From: Lentisphaeria bacterium
Lineage (GTDB): Bacteria > Verrucomicrobiota > Lentisphaeria > Victivallales > UBA1829
Length of the DNA: 64,000 nt
Reading direction: 5' to 3'
NCBI GenBank assembly: GCA_003526375.1
Contig: DPDG01000050.1
Location: 52,283 to 116,282 of the forward strand
Positions 35,449-46,700 of the stretch are shown here, one piece after another (within the stretch, counting starts at the first letter, position 1; every line of letters begins with the position of its first letter). A model generated the notes under the pieces. The model did not search any database. It was not told where the DNA came from and saw only the letters and a program-made list of their open reading frames with translations. A program made the translations under genes and the position numbers.

Positions 35449-37158
35449 ATGCCGCACATGAAAATTATCTGTCCGCACTGTAAGCGCATTACCGAACTGG
35501 AACATGTTTCACATGGTTGCAATGTGGAATGTGTCTGTTCCCGCGAATTCAAAGTCGATGACTCCACCATTCTCGAAGAATATTCCGAAATCGACAGCAT
35601 CATCCCGGAACAGATCGGGCAGTATCAGATCACGGAATTCATCGGTTACGGCGGCATGGGAAAGCTCTACAAGGGAATCCATCCGAATCTGGGAATTCCG
35701 GTAGCGCTCAAAGCCCTGCGCATGGAATACGTCACGGATACGGCGTCCTGCGACCGTTTCATCAAATCCGCAAAAATCTGCGCGAAACTGAACCATCCGA
35801 ATATCGTCAGAGTTTATGACTGCGGATACGACAAGGACAACGTGTATCTCGTCATGGAATACATCGGCGGCGGCAGCGCCCAGGATCTGTTCGAGCGGGA
35901 GGGAGCGCTGGAACAACATCGCGCCGCCCGGATTGCGCATGATGTCTGCCTCGGACTCATGGCGGCGGAATATCACGGGATTGTCCATCGGGACATCAAG
36001 CCTGAAAACATCATGTTTGCGGATGACGGCACGGTCAAGGTTCTCGACATGGGACTCGCCAAGATCGACGGCGACCAGCGTATCAATTCCTACTCCCGGA
36101 CCATCTCTTTCACCTCGCTGGGCACCGAACAATACATGCCGCCGGAACAAGCCATTGATGCGAGTTCCTGCGATTCGCGGGCGGATGTCTATTCCCTGGG
36201 CATTACCCTGTACCAGCTCTGCACGGGAAAACTGCCGTTCGACTCGAACAATCCGCAGGAACTCCGCAGAATGCACGCGCTGGAAGCGCCTCAGCCGCCG
36301 CGGGAACTCAAGCCGGAACTTCATCCCGACCTCGAATACATTATCCTGAAATGCATCAGGAAAAACCGTGACGACCGTTATCAGTCGATCGACGAACTGG
36401 AACTGGATCTGGATGCGTTTCTCAAGAACCACATCCTTCCGTCCAAACTCGTCTATGAAACAAAGCCCAGGACTTCGCCTTTCCAGCGGTTTGAGAACAT
36501 CAAGTGGCGATACGCATTCCTGTTTCTCGGAGCGGCAGCCCTGCTCTCCGTCTCCACGCTGTACTGCCTCTTCACCTACATCAAAGAGAGAAAACGCACC
36601 CGGGCAAAGGTCCAGACCGTCATGCAGGTGCAGGACACTCAGCGCCGCCAGCAGATCCGCCAGATGTTCTCCGCCATTTCGCCGATGCTGCTCAAAGGAC
36701 GCTTCGCCATGGCATACGAATACTACAACCTCCGCGGCGGCAGGGAACTGGCGCCGGAACTGGAAGGAGTCTTCGCCACGTTGCAGGACATTCCTTACAC
36801 TTTTGCGAAACAGTGGAAGGAACGGATCGGGCAGACAGCCATGCTGACGCTTCAGAAAGCCCCTGCCGCGACTCTGTCCCTGCTCATCAACGACGTCATC
36901 GGCAACACGGTTTACGCAACGGACACGCAGACCCGGCAGGCATATACCTTTACGGTTCATGACCTGACTCCGGAGGATCAGCAGAAATACCTGCGCGGGA
37001 TCAACACGATCGCACTCTCCGTCTGGATCGGCTGTGAGTATGTCAACAATCACCGGCAGGCAAAGGCGGAGGCAATCTTCAAGCCATTGGATCTTTTCGG
37101 GGAATACCTGATTCAGGAAATGAATACTGCGGATTATAATCATTCTCAGCAAAAATGA
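35449..37158 (+). CDS. Ser/Thr protein kinase with N-terminal zinc ribbon, one TM and a C-terminal domain of unknown function
   Basis: CPHC...CNVECVC ribbon. Kinase motifs: GYGGMGKLYKG, VALKAL, HRDIKPENIM, DMGLAK and GTEQYMPPE. TM YAFLFLGAAALLSVSTLYCLF. The start is ATG 35449 or ATG 35458. Confidence 0.88.
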   Translation: MPHMKIICPHCKRITELEHVSHGCNVECVCSREFKVDDSTILEEYSEIDSIIPEQIGQYQITEFIGYGGMGKLYKGIHPNLGIPVALKALRMEYVTDTASCDRFIKSAKICAKLNHPNIVRVYDCGYDKDNVYLVMEYIGGGSAQDLFEREGALEQHRAARIAHDVCLGLMAAEYHGIVHRDIKPENIMFADDGTVKVLDMGLAKIDGDQRINSYSRTISFTSLGTEQYMPPEQAIDASSCDSRADVYSLGITLYQLCTGKLPFDSNNPQELRRMHALEAPQPPRELKPELHPDLEYIILKCIRKNRDDRYQSIDELELDLDAFLKNHILPSKLVYETKPRTSPFQRFENIKWRYAFLFLGAAALLSVSTLYCLFTYIKERKRTRAKVQTVMQVQDTQRRQQIRQMFSAISPMLLKGRFAMAYEYYNLRGGRELAPELEGVFATLQDIPYTFAKQWKERIGQTAMLTLQKAPAATLSLLINDVIGNTVYATDTQTRQAYTFTVHDLTPEDQQKYLRGINTIALSVWIGCEYVNNHRQAKAEAIFKPLDLFGEYLIQEMNTADYNHSQQK

Positions 37159-37340
37159 TTCCGCGTATCTGCATTCCCGCATTCCGGGCGGACTGCTTTG
37201 CGGGAGCTACAAAATAAAATTGAAAAAACAGGAAAGAAGATTTGCATATTTCCCGATTGATGCTAAGGTGTATCATTATTTCCATTATGTGCAATATTGA
37301 GGTCGGAAATTTGGAACAGTTATTGAAACAGAATGAGCGG

Positions 37341-37733
37341 ATGTTTTCTGCGGCGCGCCTGATACGGCGTTATTCCATTGTACTGACTCTGATGGTTGCG
37401 CTTTTCGCATTCATGGCTCCTCAGCCCGAAGCAAAGGCAATGGACCCTGTCACAATCGCCATTCTGGCTCCGATCGCCATTCAGGTCGGCAAAGCCATGA
37501 TGCCCTATATCATCAAGGGACTTACCAACATGGGGCGCATGGGACTCAAGGCAGGCGTCGAGCTCATCAATGTATTCCGGCTGCCGCTGGGAATTCTGCA
37601 ACTGACTCTGCTGGCGCCGTTCGGGGCATTTTACTCCGGACTGCAAAACACCGTGATCGGTTTCATTGCGCCATTCAAGATGGCTTTCTTCGTCCTTATG
37701 ATGCCGGTCGCCGCCTTTGGAATAGGCCTGTAG
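37341..37733 (+). CDS. Small hypothetical membrane/secreted protein
   Basis: Signal-like N-terminus (RRYSIVLTLMVALFAFMAPQPEAKA) and further hydrophobic helices. The start is uncertain: in-frame ATGs at 37260, 37287 and 37341, none with a strong RBS. Confidence 0.45.
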   Translation: MFSAARLIRRYSIVLTLMVALFAFMAPQPEAKAMDPVTIAILAPIAIQVGKAMMPYIIKGLTNMGRMGLKAGVELINVFRLPLGILQLTLLAPFGAFYSGLQNTVIGFIAPFKMAFFVLMMPVAAFGIGL

Positions 37734-37766
37734 CGGCTTTGTACCCTCTTTGTGTACTGACAACTT

Positions 37767-38255
37767 ATGAAAATCAGGAAAAAAACTCTGGACGCCATTC
37801 ATTCCATGCTGACGGAATGGCATGGAATGGAGGAAGCAGGCAATTCTTTGGTCAATTTTCATCCTCAGCCTGTCGGAATCGACTCTCTGCTGGATAAGAT
37901 TGTGGCGAGAGCGGTCCCTCCGTGGGAGCGCAAACTCAATGAAATCAAGCTCTCCTGGGCGGAACTTGCAGGAAACGAAACGGCGCGCCGCTGCCAGGTA
38001 TCTCACTTGAACGACGGAGTTCTGTATATCGAGGTCTTTCATCCCGCCTACCGGATGGCTCTGGATACTCCGAAAATAAAATCCATGATGCTGGAAAAGG
38101 TCCAGAAACTTCTCGGCGCGGCGAACTGCCGTGAATTGAAATTCATTCCTGTCGGCAGAACCGCCCCCGGCGCATCTCTTTGCCGGAGAACCGCCCCCCC
38201 TTCTCCGAAAGTCCAGGAAAAAAAAGAAAAATATACCCCGGACCTGCCGCTGTAA
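37767..38255 (+). CDS. dciA: DUF721/DciA-like protein
   Basis: Pattern typical of DUF721: ...IKLSWAELAGNETARRCQVSHLNDGVLYIEVFHPAYRMALDTPKIKSMMLEKVQKLLG...ELKFI. Confidence 0.65.
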   Translation: MKIRKKTLDAIHSMLTEWHGMEEAGNSLVNFHPQPVGIDSLLDKIVARAVPPWERKLNEIKLSWAELAGNETARRCQVSHLNDGVLYIEVFHPAYRMALDTPKIKSMMLEKVQKLLGAANCRELKFIPVGRTAPGASLCRRTAPPSPKVQEKKEKYTPDLPL

Positions 38256-38286
38256 ACGCAGAAAAAACAATGATTCCTCTTGCTGT

Positions 38287-39072
38287 TCACCGCAGAAAAT
38301 CGGCAAGGATCTTCCAATACTCCCTGTCCAGAACCTCTTTCAGGTCATTATGCCCGGCATCAGGGACAAGGATCAGTTCACCGGGAACCGCCGCATTCTC
38401 AAACACTTTTTTCCCGTTGCGGACAGGGATCACACGGTCCTTCCTGCCGTGAATCACGAGAAGCGGCACTTTGATGTTTCTGACCCGCTCCGCATTCGGG
38501 AAACGATCGCCCGGAAGTCTGCCGAACGGCAGAACCACCTGAAACGCAGAAGCAAACGGAGCCTCCAGAACCAGAGCTCCAACGGGATATTTTTCCGCAA
38601 GATAACACGCAGGCCCGCTTCCGACGGAAAAACCGATCACGACAATCTCAGCGGGAGAAATTCCCTTTTCCCCCGTCAGGTAATGATAAACGGCTTCGAT
38701 GTCACGACATGCGGCGGCGGAAGAGGGTTTTCCAGCAGATGCTCCATACCCCTCGTAGTCATATCCCGCCGCGGAATATCCGTGCCGCTGGTATTCCGCA
38801 AGCAGATACCGGACACTGCTCAAGTCTTCCGCGTTTCCATGACTGTAAAGAATGACTTTTCCACCGGGAGCTCCCGGATAATACAGCAATGCGATTTTTT
38901 CTGAACCGGCATCCAGCATGGTGAACTCATCTTTATTTCCGTTCCATGCGGGCGGACGGAAAAGAAGGCTTTCGACACAGCATCCGAGAACCACGGCAAA
39001 CAGCACAAGAACAGCAGCAACCGTAACCCCGATACGGATCAGACTCCACTGCCACGATTTCAATTTCAGCAT
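38287..39072 (-). CDS. Alpha/beta hydrolase (membrane-anchored)
   Basis: N-terminal TM, nucleophile elbow GFSVGSG, and HGRKDRVIP ... DAGHND (Asp/His). Strong RBS AAAAGGAGGAAG. Confidence 0.85.
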   Translation of the reverse strand: MLKLKSWQWSLIRIGVTVAAVLVLFAVVLGCCVESLLFRPPAWNGNKDEFTMLDAGSEKIALLYYPGAPGGKVILYSHGNAEDLSSVRYLLAEYQRHGYSAAGYDYEGYGASAGKPSSAAACRDIEAVYHYLTGEKGISPAEIVVIGFSVGSGPACYLAEKYPVGALVLEAPFASAFQVVLPFGRLPGDRFPNAERVRNIKVPLLVIHGRKDRVIPVRNGKKVFENAAVPGELILVPDAGHNDLKEVLDREYWKILADFLR

Positions 39073-39237
39073 ACTTCCTCCTTTTCAGAGGAAAATAAAA
39101 CCGCCTGCGGAATTATTCAAGGGTGCAACTGCATTATTTCAACAAGAATGAGAAAGTGGCGCGCGCTTCATCCAACGGTTCCGTCTTCCGCAGCCGGGAA
39201 CACACAGCAGAATCCAAAAGCCTTTTCCCATATTCCG

Positions 39238-39723
39238 TCATTCCTTTCCAAGTTTCATCGTATATGTTACGGCTTCGGTATGAAGATCGAAGCCGGCACG
39301 CTCATAAGCCCGGCGTGCGGGAGCATGTGCTTCATCAAGCCCTGTCGTAACCTGCGCCAGAAGCATTCCCGCTTGACGGAAATATTCCAGCGCCGCCCGG
39401 TACATCTCCTGTCCGACGCCTTTCTCGCCGCAGCAGGGATCGACCGCATTGTTTGAAATGATTCCGACCTTTCGTTCCGCATCACAGTAAAAGGTAATGA
39501 AACCGACGATTTTCCCCCTGCGCTCCGCGATATAAAAACATCCGGGATGATGTTTCAAATGGGCGGCAAGCTGTTTCTCCTTGCTGTTGCGCGAATCGGG
39601 ATTCAGAACAGCATACACCTCTTTGCCGAGCTGTCTTTCAAAACCGCTGAAAATCGGTTCCCATGCCCTTTCTGCGATGGCGCAAACGGACTCGAAATCC
39701 TCCTGCCGGAACTCGCGGATCAT
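39238..39723 (-). CDS. GNAT-family N-acetyltransferase
   Basis: CCGEKGVGQEMYRAALEYF (acetyl-CoA loop) and ARRAYERAGF. RBS AGAGGAGAAA. Confidence 0.85.
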   Translation of the reverse strand: MIREFRQEDFESVCAIAERAWEPIFSGFERQLGKEVYAVLNPDSRNSKEKQLAAHLKHHPGCFYIAERRGKIVGFITFYCDAERKVGIISNNAVDPCCGEKGVGQEMYRAALEYFRQAGMLLAQVTTGLDEAHAPARRAYERAGFDLHTEAVTYTMKLGKE

Positions 39724-39797
39724 CTCTATTTCTCCTCTTTCAACTGTTATGCTTATTCCTCATTTCAAATTCAGCTTCAGATACCGGAAGCCTGTTC

Positions 39798-41291
39798 TCA
39801 CTGAAACTTTAATACTGCGTAACTGTTCTTTTCCGGACACGTGAAACGCAAGGCTGCTTTGCCGGAAACCATCATCTTCAATGAGGCTGTTTTTTCCAGA
39901 ACGACAGGCTTTTTTCCTGCGGCTTCGTCCGGAAAAACCAGTTCCCTGCCCGATACAGGCTCGCGGAAATCGACATAGTAGATTTTATCCTTCCCCTGCC
40001 GGTTCGCATACCAGCCTCTGGAAGCATCGAAATATTGACGGTATGCCATACAGTAAAACTCACTTCCCGATCTGATCACGGGCATCTTCGCGCCGTCAAG
40101 CGCATACGGATAAGTCTTATTGCTGGTGTAAAGGAACAGCGCCGTTCTGATATTGTTCTTTCTTACCGAATTCATGCCGATTCCTTCGGTCACAGCATAT
40201 CCAATCGCAAACCCGACTTCCGGCTTTCCCGCGCCCTCCACGTATTGCAGAAAACGATCCGGCGGATTTCCGGGATCGGCAAAAGAATCGTTCTTGAAAT
40301 AAATGGTATGCGGCAGTTTTTTCGAATAATCGACCCCGTTGCCGAAATCGTAAAGGATTCCATTCACAGTAAACGGGCGTATTTTGGGGATGTAATAGGT
40401 ATGTCTCTCAAAACAGCGGGTGTAATTCATCGGACCCGCCTGGATGAATCCCATGTATCCCAGCCGGACATCACGGAAAAAACGGGCGCGGTGAGTGACA
40501 ATGCAGGAACCGTCCGGGTAAAATTGATATTCCATGGACTGTGTCAGCACCTTGTCGACGGCGGGATCAGTGAAAGAACTCTCCCGCCCCGCGTTTTTTC
40601 TGACATGCGCGAGAATCGAATCCGTCGCCAGAATATCATAGGTCTCGCGGACCGTGAAAACATCGCAGACAGCCGATTCCGAATCTCCCAGCGGCTTTCC
40701 GTCGGCGAGATATTCCCGTCCGGTAATCCGGACAGCCGGACGGAGCTGCTGCATCGACGTCCTGTATCCATTCAGGGCTTTCCCCGACGCATTCTTCAAG
40801 CCGTCGGCTTCCGGGCGCACAAAGCGCCAGATGTCCCCTTTCCCCAGATTTTCGGAAATCACCCAGAGGCACCGCTCATTTTCCACTTTCAATATATAAA
40901 ACCTGCGCCCCCGCGGGTCGGTCCACTCACTGCCCGTATCTTTCACAGTCAGACCATGAGTTTCCGGAAATTCGAGTCTGGAAGCCATGAAATCGCCGTG
41001 ATTCGCACCGATGTAGGTTCCGTTGAAATTCCACGGGGTGCTGTCGTCGCCGCTCGCGGACAGCGGCAGCTTCTGTTTTCCGGGAGCGGTCAGGCAACAT
41101 GGCGCAAAATTAAACTGACGGTTGGGACCATTCGTATAAAAATGCTGTTCCAGCGTATATTCACCGGAAAAACGGGAACGCAGAACCGTCCTGACACCGT
41201 TGCGTTTCACCTCCAGCCGGTTCTCCGACGCGGTCAGAATCCCCCCCGCGGATAAAATCATGAGTGCAAAAAAAAGTTTCCGGACCTGCAT
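39798..41291 (-). CDS. Secreted hypothetical protein
   Basis: Signal peptide MQVRKLFFALMILSAGGILTA and strong RBS AAAGGGAGGAA. No family recognised. It is divergent from a sugar-type regulator, so a carbohydrate-related role is only a guess. Confidence 0.65.
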   Translation of the reverse strand: MQVRKLFFALMILSAGGILTASENRLEVKRNGVRTVLRSRFSGEYTLEQHFYTNGPNRQFNFAPCCLTAPGKQKLPLSASGDDSTPWNFNGTYIGANHGDFMASRLEFPETHGLTVKDTGSEWTDPRGRRFYILKVENERCLWVISENLGKGDIWRFVRPEADGLKNASGKALNGYRTSMQQLRPAVRITGREYLADGKPLGDSESAVCDVFTVRETYDILATDSILAHVRKNAGRESSFTDPAVDKVLTQSMEYQFYPDGSCIVTHRARFFRDVRLGYMGFIQAGPMNYTRCFERHTYYIPKIRPFTVNGILYDFGNGVDYSKKLPHTIYFKNDSFADPGNPPDRFLQYVEGAGKPEVGFAIGYAVTEGIGMNSVRKNNIRTALFLYTSNKTYPYALDGAKMPVIRSGSEFYCMAYRQYFDASRGWYANRQGKDKIYYVDFREPVSGRELVFPDEAAGKKPVVLEKTASLKMMVSGKAALRFTCPEKNSYAVLKFQ

Positions 41292-41488
41292 ACTGTTCCT
41301 CCCTTTATTCTATAAACACAATCAGCTTCTTATTTTTATTATAAGGCAAAACAATGAAAAAACAAGAGATTCTTCAAAATAAAATTTATTTTTTATAAGA
41401 TCATTAAAAACATAATCGTTTTTCTTCATTTCATCATCGGCAGAATATTTCATATTCAAAACTATTCCATTTTTCATAAAATAACCTC

Positions 41489-41517
41489 TTGAATTCTCTG
41501 CAGAACAATGCTATAAT
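41489..41517 (+). promoter_or_regulatory. Sigma70-type promoter of the GntR-family regulator gene
   Basis: TTGAAT (41489-41494), a 17-nt spacer, then TATAAT (41512-41517). The predicted start site near 41524 favours the ATG at 41562, or a leaderless ATG at 41523. Confidence 0.55.
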
Positions 41518-41561
41518 GTTTCATGACAATTCAACATTATATAAAAAAAGAGTTCTCGAAA

Positions 41562-42647
41562 ATGAATGAACTTCAGAAAAAAATATTCAGCGGTCTGCTG
41601 CATGAGATCATGACGGGGAAATATCGCGTCGGCGACACACTTCCCACAGAACTTGAAATAGGAAAAATGCTTCAGGTGACGCGGCATAACTCCCACTATG
41701 CCGTCAAAGCCCTGGAAAACGCCGGAATCGTCATGCGCAACAAAAAACGCGGCACAGTGGTCACGCGCATTCCATCGAAATTCGAGCTGAACTCCCTGAA
41801 ACGCTTTACGGCGAAAAAAGTCTGCATCCTCAATCATTCACACGAGGATTACCGTCATATCCATTGGAACGAACGGATCAGCGTTCCGCTCGAAAAAGAG
41901 CTGAACCGCGCCGGGATCGAAATGGAGACAAGGATTATTACCGACATCAAAAATACCGGCGATTACATGGAGCTTCTTGAAGACATCACGGATCAGGGGA
42001 TCAGCGCCATTGTGATTATCCCCGCCGGCGGTGTTTCAGGGCTCTTTCTGGAGTCGGCGGAAATGCTGTTCCGCTATCATGAAAGCCTCTTCATCTTCGA
42101 CCGCGGCAGTCTGGAGTGTGATGAAAGCATCCTGAATACCGTCGGCATCAACGACTTTGCAGACGGAGTAACGGCAGTTGAAACCGCAATCAGAAGCGGC
42201 ACGGTCCGGCGCATCATCTTCTGCATGCACCAGATCACGGACTGCCGATGGCAGAAAGAGCGTCTGCGCGGGGTGCGCCTCGGAGCATGGCGAATGAGCG
42301 GCGGAGCTGTTTTCGTGGAAAACTATGTGTATGGAGTGCACGGGGAATTCCCGCTGAACGCCCCCTCCCCAGAAACAGTCCTGATCGCCTGCCATGACGA
42401 AGCCGCCGTTACGTTCATCGAAGCAGGAAAGCGGCGCAATCTCCATCCGGGAAAAGATTACAAGATCATCGGTTTCGGAGACGACAGCCGTTTTTCGCAG
42501 TATGAGCTCACCACACTGTCCCCGAATCTGGAGCTGATCGCAAAACATCTCGCACGGCAGATTCTGGATTCCATTGCAAACAGGGAACCCGCAATACTCC
42601 ACTCCTGCCGGGTCAGCTCAAAACTGATCTGCCGCAAAACCTTGTAA
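41562..42647 (+). CDS. GntR-family transcriptional regulator with LacI/periplasmic-binding-protein-like sugar-binding domain
   Basis: wHTH: GDTLPTELEIGKMLQVTRHNSHYAVKALENAGIVMRNKKRGTVV. It is followed by an about 280-aa alternating beta/alpha domain. An alternative start is at 41523. Confidence 0.8.
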   Translation: MNELQKKIFSGLLHEIMTGKYRVGDTLPTELEIGKMLQVTRHNSHYAVKALENAGIVMRNKKRGTVVTRIPSKFELNSLKRFTAKKVCILNHSHEDYRHIHWNERISVPLEKELNRAGIEMETRIITDIKNTGDYMELLEDITDQGISAIVIIPAGGVSGLFLESAEMLFRYHESLFIFDRGSLECDESILNTVGINDFADGVTAVETAIRSGTVRRIIFCMHQITDCRWQKERLRGVRLGAWRMSGGAVFVENYVYGVHGEFPLNAPSPETVLIACHDEAAVTFIEAGKRRNLHPGKDYKIIGFGDDSRFSQYELTTLSPNLELIAKHLARQILDSIANREPAILHSCRVSSKLICRKTL

Positions 42648-42700
42648 TCCCTGGAATTTCCGGCGCAGAACATCACCACTCAAAAGAAACAATGCCGGAA

Positions 42701-43795
42701 TCAATCATCGAAAGGCAGCTCAATTTCAAGAGGGGAATCGGGAAAAATCACAGCGGCAAAGGCTCTCCATGCGGAAGGCAGGGATATTTCCCTGCATAAA
42801 GTGTCATGAGTCACCCAATGGAAACAGGGAACCGGTTCCGCACACTCGATGAACCAACTCGACATCTGCCATTCCAAATGAGTGAAAACATGTTTTGCAC
42901 GCACGGAAGGCTGAATATGAAGAACGGAAAGCCCCCACTGTTCCATCTGTTTCACGACTTCGCGCTTCGGCAGGGCGCCCTCCACATTCGGAAACTCCCA
43001 CAAGCCGGCAAGCACTCCCTCCGAAGAACGTCTGCGAAGCGCAATCCTGTCGCCGCACCGCAACAGAAAAACAGTCCTCCGTTCCTCACGCCGCGCTTTC
43101 TTCTTCGTCTTGACGGGAAGTCCGGAAGCGGTCCCATTCCTGAAACCGAGGCAAAGCTCCGCAAGCGGACATTCCGCGCATTTCGGTGCGCCGTTCGGCA
43201 GACAGACCGTCGCGCCGAGTTCCATCAGGCTCTGCGTAAAATCGCCGCAGCGCCCCGCCGGATAGACCGCTTTCAGGCGTGAGGCGATCTCTCCACGCAC
43301 CTTGTCTTTCATCACATCCCCGCGATTTTCCGTGACACGTGCAATCACGCGCAATACATTGCCGTCCACCGCGGGACAAGGCAGTCCGAACGAAATCGAG
43401 GCGATCGCGCCCGCCGTATATTCACCGATCCCCGGCAGAGACATCAGTTCTTCGCAAGAGGACGGAAATACGCCGCCGTAACGTTCCAGAATCGCTTTTG
43501 CGGCTTTCCGGAGGTTGCGGACACGATTATAGTAGCCGAGCCCCTCCCAGAGTTTCAGGAGCACATCCTCCGGCGCGGCGGCAAGCGCTTCAAGATCGGG
43601 CAGTTCCGCAAGAAAACGCTCGAAATAAGGTTTGACGGCTTCGACGCGGGTCTGCTGGAGCATGATCTCGGAAATCCAAACCCGGTAAGGCGCCGGATTC
43701 CCGCGCCACGGCAGGACGCGCGCATGAGTGTCATACCACGCCAGCAGAGGCGCAGGAAGACGCGGAAAAATATCCTGCTCCTGTCCCATATTCAT
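42701..43795 (-). CDS. mutY: A/G-specific adenine DNA glycosylase
   Basis: LLAWYDTHARVLPWR, VWISEIMLQQTRV, HhH LPGIGEYTAGAIASISFG, the Fe-S cluster loop CLPNGAPKCAECPLAELC, and a C-terminal NUDIX-like domain. The start overlaps the RND gene stop by 4 nt. Confidence 0.92.
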   Translation of the reverse strand: MNMGQEQDIFPRLPAPLLAWYDTHARVLPWRGNPAPYRVWISEIMLQQTRVEAVKPYFERFLAELPDLEALAAAPEDVLLKLWEGLGYYNRVRNLRKAAKAILERYGGVFPSSCEELMSLPGIGEYTAGAIASISFGLPCPAVDGNVLRVIARVTENRGDVMKDKVRGEIASRLKAVYPAGRCGDFTQSLMELGATVCLPNGAPKCAECPLAELCLGFRNGTASGLPVKTKKKARREERRTVFLLRCGDRIALRRRSSEGVLAGLWEFPNVEGALPKREVVKQMEQWGLSVLHIQPSVRAKHVFTHLEWQMSSWFIECAEPVPCFHWVTHDTLCREISLPSAWRAFAAVIFPDSPLEIELPFDD

Positions 43796-46700
43796 TCTCT
43801 CGCAGGATTTTCACGATCCAGCTGCTGCATGTATTTCATCAGGGCATGGGGCGATTTCTCACGGCGGGCAAGCAGGAGATAACCGATCGGCACGATGAAA
43901 AGCGTCAGGAAACAGGCGCTGGTGCCGCCGTAGAATACGACCGCTCCCAGACAGCGGCGGCTGACCGCGCCGGCGCCGGTTGCAATCAGGAGCGGAATCG
44001 CGCCGGCGACAGTCGAGATACCGGTCATCAGAATCGGGCGCAGGCGCAGCCTGGCGGCACGGAAGACAGCTTCTTCGAACTCCACACCGCTGTCGCGCAG
44101 TTGGTTGGCGAACTCGACGATCAGAATGCCGTTCTTGGCGGCGAGCCCGATCAGCATAATGATTCCGATCTGTGTGTAAAGGTTCATGGTCATGCCCATC
44201 ATATTCAGCGCGGCGACCGCTCCGATCATGCCCAGGGGAACGGTCAGCATGACGACAAACGGGCTGACGAACGACTCGAACTGTGCGGAAAGCACCAGAT
44301 AAGAGACCAGCAGAGCCAACGCGAAGATGAACACCATCGAACCGCTCGCCTGCTTCAAATCCTTGGACTGCCCCTTATAGGAGATCTGCGCGTATTCGGG
44401 AAGTTCTTCACGCGCGGTCTTTTCCAGATATGCCAGAACATCGCTCAAGGCATATCCGGAAGCGACATTGCCTGTAATCGTAATCGCGCGGACACGGTTG
44501 TAACGGCTGAGCCGTCCGGCGTCGCCGATCTCCCTGACGGTCACAAGATTATCCAGAGGAATCAGCTTGTCCGAGTTCTGCGAGGAGACATAAATATTAC
44601 TCAGGTCAGTCGGGGTGGCACGGCTGAAACGGTCCGCCTGAAGCACGACATCGTACTCCTGCCCCCGATCCAGATACGTCGTCACTTTCTTGGAGCCGAG
44701 CATCGTTTCCAGCGTGGTGCCGATCACGCTCGCGGAAATTCCGAGTTCATTCGCGCGGTCCCGATCCACCTCGACGTGAAGCTGGGGCGTAGTCTCCTTG
44801 TAGTCGTAATCCACATCAACGAGACCGGGATAGTTTTTCGCCTTCTCCAGCAGGATATCACGCCATTTCACAAGCTCATTGTAATCGGGTCCCCCGATCA
44901 CGAACTGGACGGGATTGCCGCGGGAGCCGATTCCGCTCGGAAGGAACGGCTGCACCTTCAACGAGGAAATCCCCGCAAGTTTTTTGCGCAGTTCCGCCGT
45001 AATCTCCATCGAGGTGCGTTTGCGTCCGGACCATTCTTCCAGCTCCAGCATGGCGAAGCCGCGGTTCACCGCCCCCTGACTGTCGCCAAAGGTGGGCACG
45101 ACGACCATCATCGTGGTCCCCTCCCCCGCTTCGACAATCGGATAAACGGCATTCATCACCTCGACAGACGCATCATTCATCGCATAGAAATTGGTTCCCT
45201 CGGGCGCCTGCATACGGATATTGACCGCGGCGCGATCCTCCTGCGGCTCATATTCGGCGGGGAGACGCTGCCAGCCCCACGCCATCAGTACGCAGATGGC
45301 AAGAAAAATGCAGGCAGTGAAAAATTTGAAGCGCGCGACAAAACGCAGCATCCTGTCATAAAGCCATTCGCTCCAGCCGAGGCACCAGTCCACCGCGCGG
45401 GCAAGATAGGATTCGTTGTTCTTGCTTTTCAACAATTTGGAACAGAGCATCGGAGTCAGCGTCAGCGCTACCACGCTGGAAAAACAGACCGACGCCGTCA
45501 TCGCCACCGCAAACTCGGTAAACAGTTTGCCTGTCTTTCCCGTCCACAGGCAGATCGGCATGAATACGGCGACAAGCACGAGAGTCGTTGCGATCACGGC
45601 GAAAACCACCTGGTCGGAACCGCGCACCGACGCCAGAAGCGGATGCTCGCCGTCTTCGATTCTGCGGTGGATGTTCTCCAATACGACAATGGTGTCGTCC
45701 ACCACCATCCCGATCGCCAGCACAAGAGCCAGCAGGGTCAGCAGATTCACGCTGTAACCCAGCATGTTCATGACGATAAACGAAGCGATCAGGGAAATCG
45801 GCACCGTAAGCGCCGGAATCACGGAAGCGCGGAGGCTTCCAAGGAACAGGAAGATGATCAGAAGCACGAGAATTGCCGACACGATCAGAGAGTCTTCCAC
45901 TTCGGCAATCGAAGCGTTGATGAAGCGGGACTCGTCGCGCAGGACACGCATCGCCATGCCTTCCGGCAGATTCTTTTCCAGTTCCCTGATCAAGGCACGG
46001 GCGCCGGAAGAAACGGTCAACGTATTCGCCGTAGACTGCTTATAGATGCCGATGCCGATCATCGGCTGTTTGTTCGCGGTAAAAAGCTGACGCTGGTTGC
46101 GGGAATCCACGGCAACCGACGCCACATCCCCCAGTCTGATGTAATCGCCGTCGCCGTTGCGCTTGAGCACCATGTTCCGGAAATCCTCCGCGGTATAATA
46201 CTGGCGTTTCAGCCTTACGACAAATTCACGCTCGGAAGATTCGATCCGCCCGCCGGGATTTTCCACATTCTCGGAAAGCAGAGTTTTTTCGATATCGGCA
46301 ACCGTAATCCCGCGCGCCGCCATGGCGGTCCGGTTCAGCCAGATGCGCATGGACTGCTCCTGCCCGCCGAGAATGCCGGCGTCCGCCACGCCTTCGATCA
46401 CGGAAAACCGGTCGATCAGATAGCGGTCGGCATAATCGGTCAGTTCCATGCGGGTCATGCCGGTGCTGGTCAGAGCAATGATCATGACAGGCGAGCCGGA
46501 GGAGTCATACTTGGCGACGACGGGAGAATCCGCCTCGTCCGGCAGTTTGCTCAGGATACGGCTGACGCGGTCCCGCACGTCGTTTGCGGTGGCGTCGATA
46601 TCGCGGTTCACGGAAAATTCAAGCGTCACTCTGGACCGCCCGTCCTGGCTGGTGGATTCGATGGAATCAAGCCCCTCGATCCCCGCCACGGTACCTTCGA

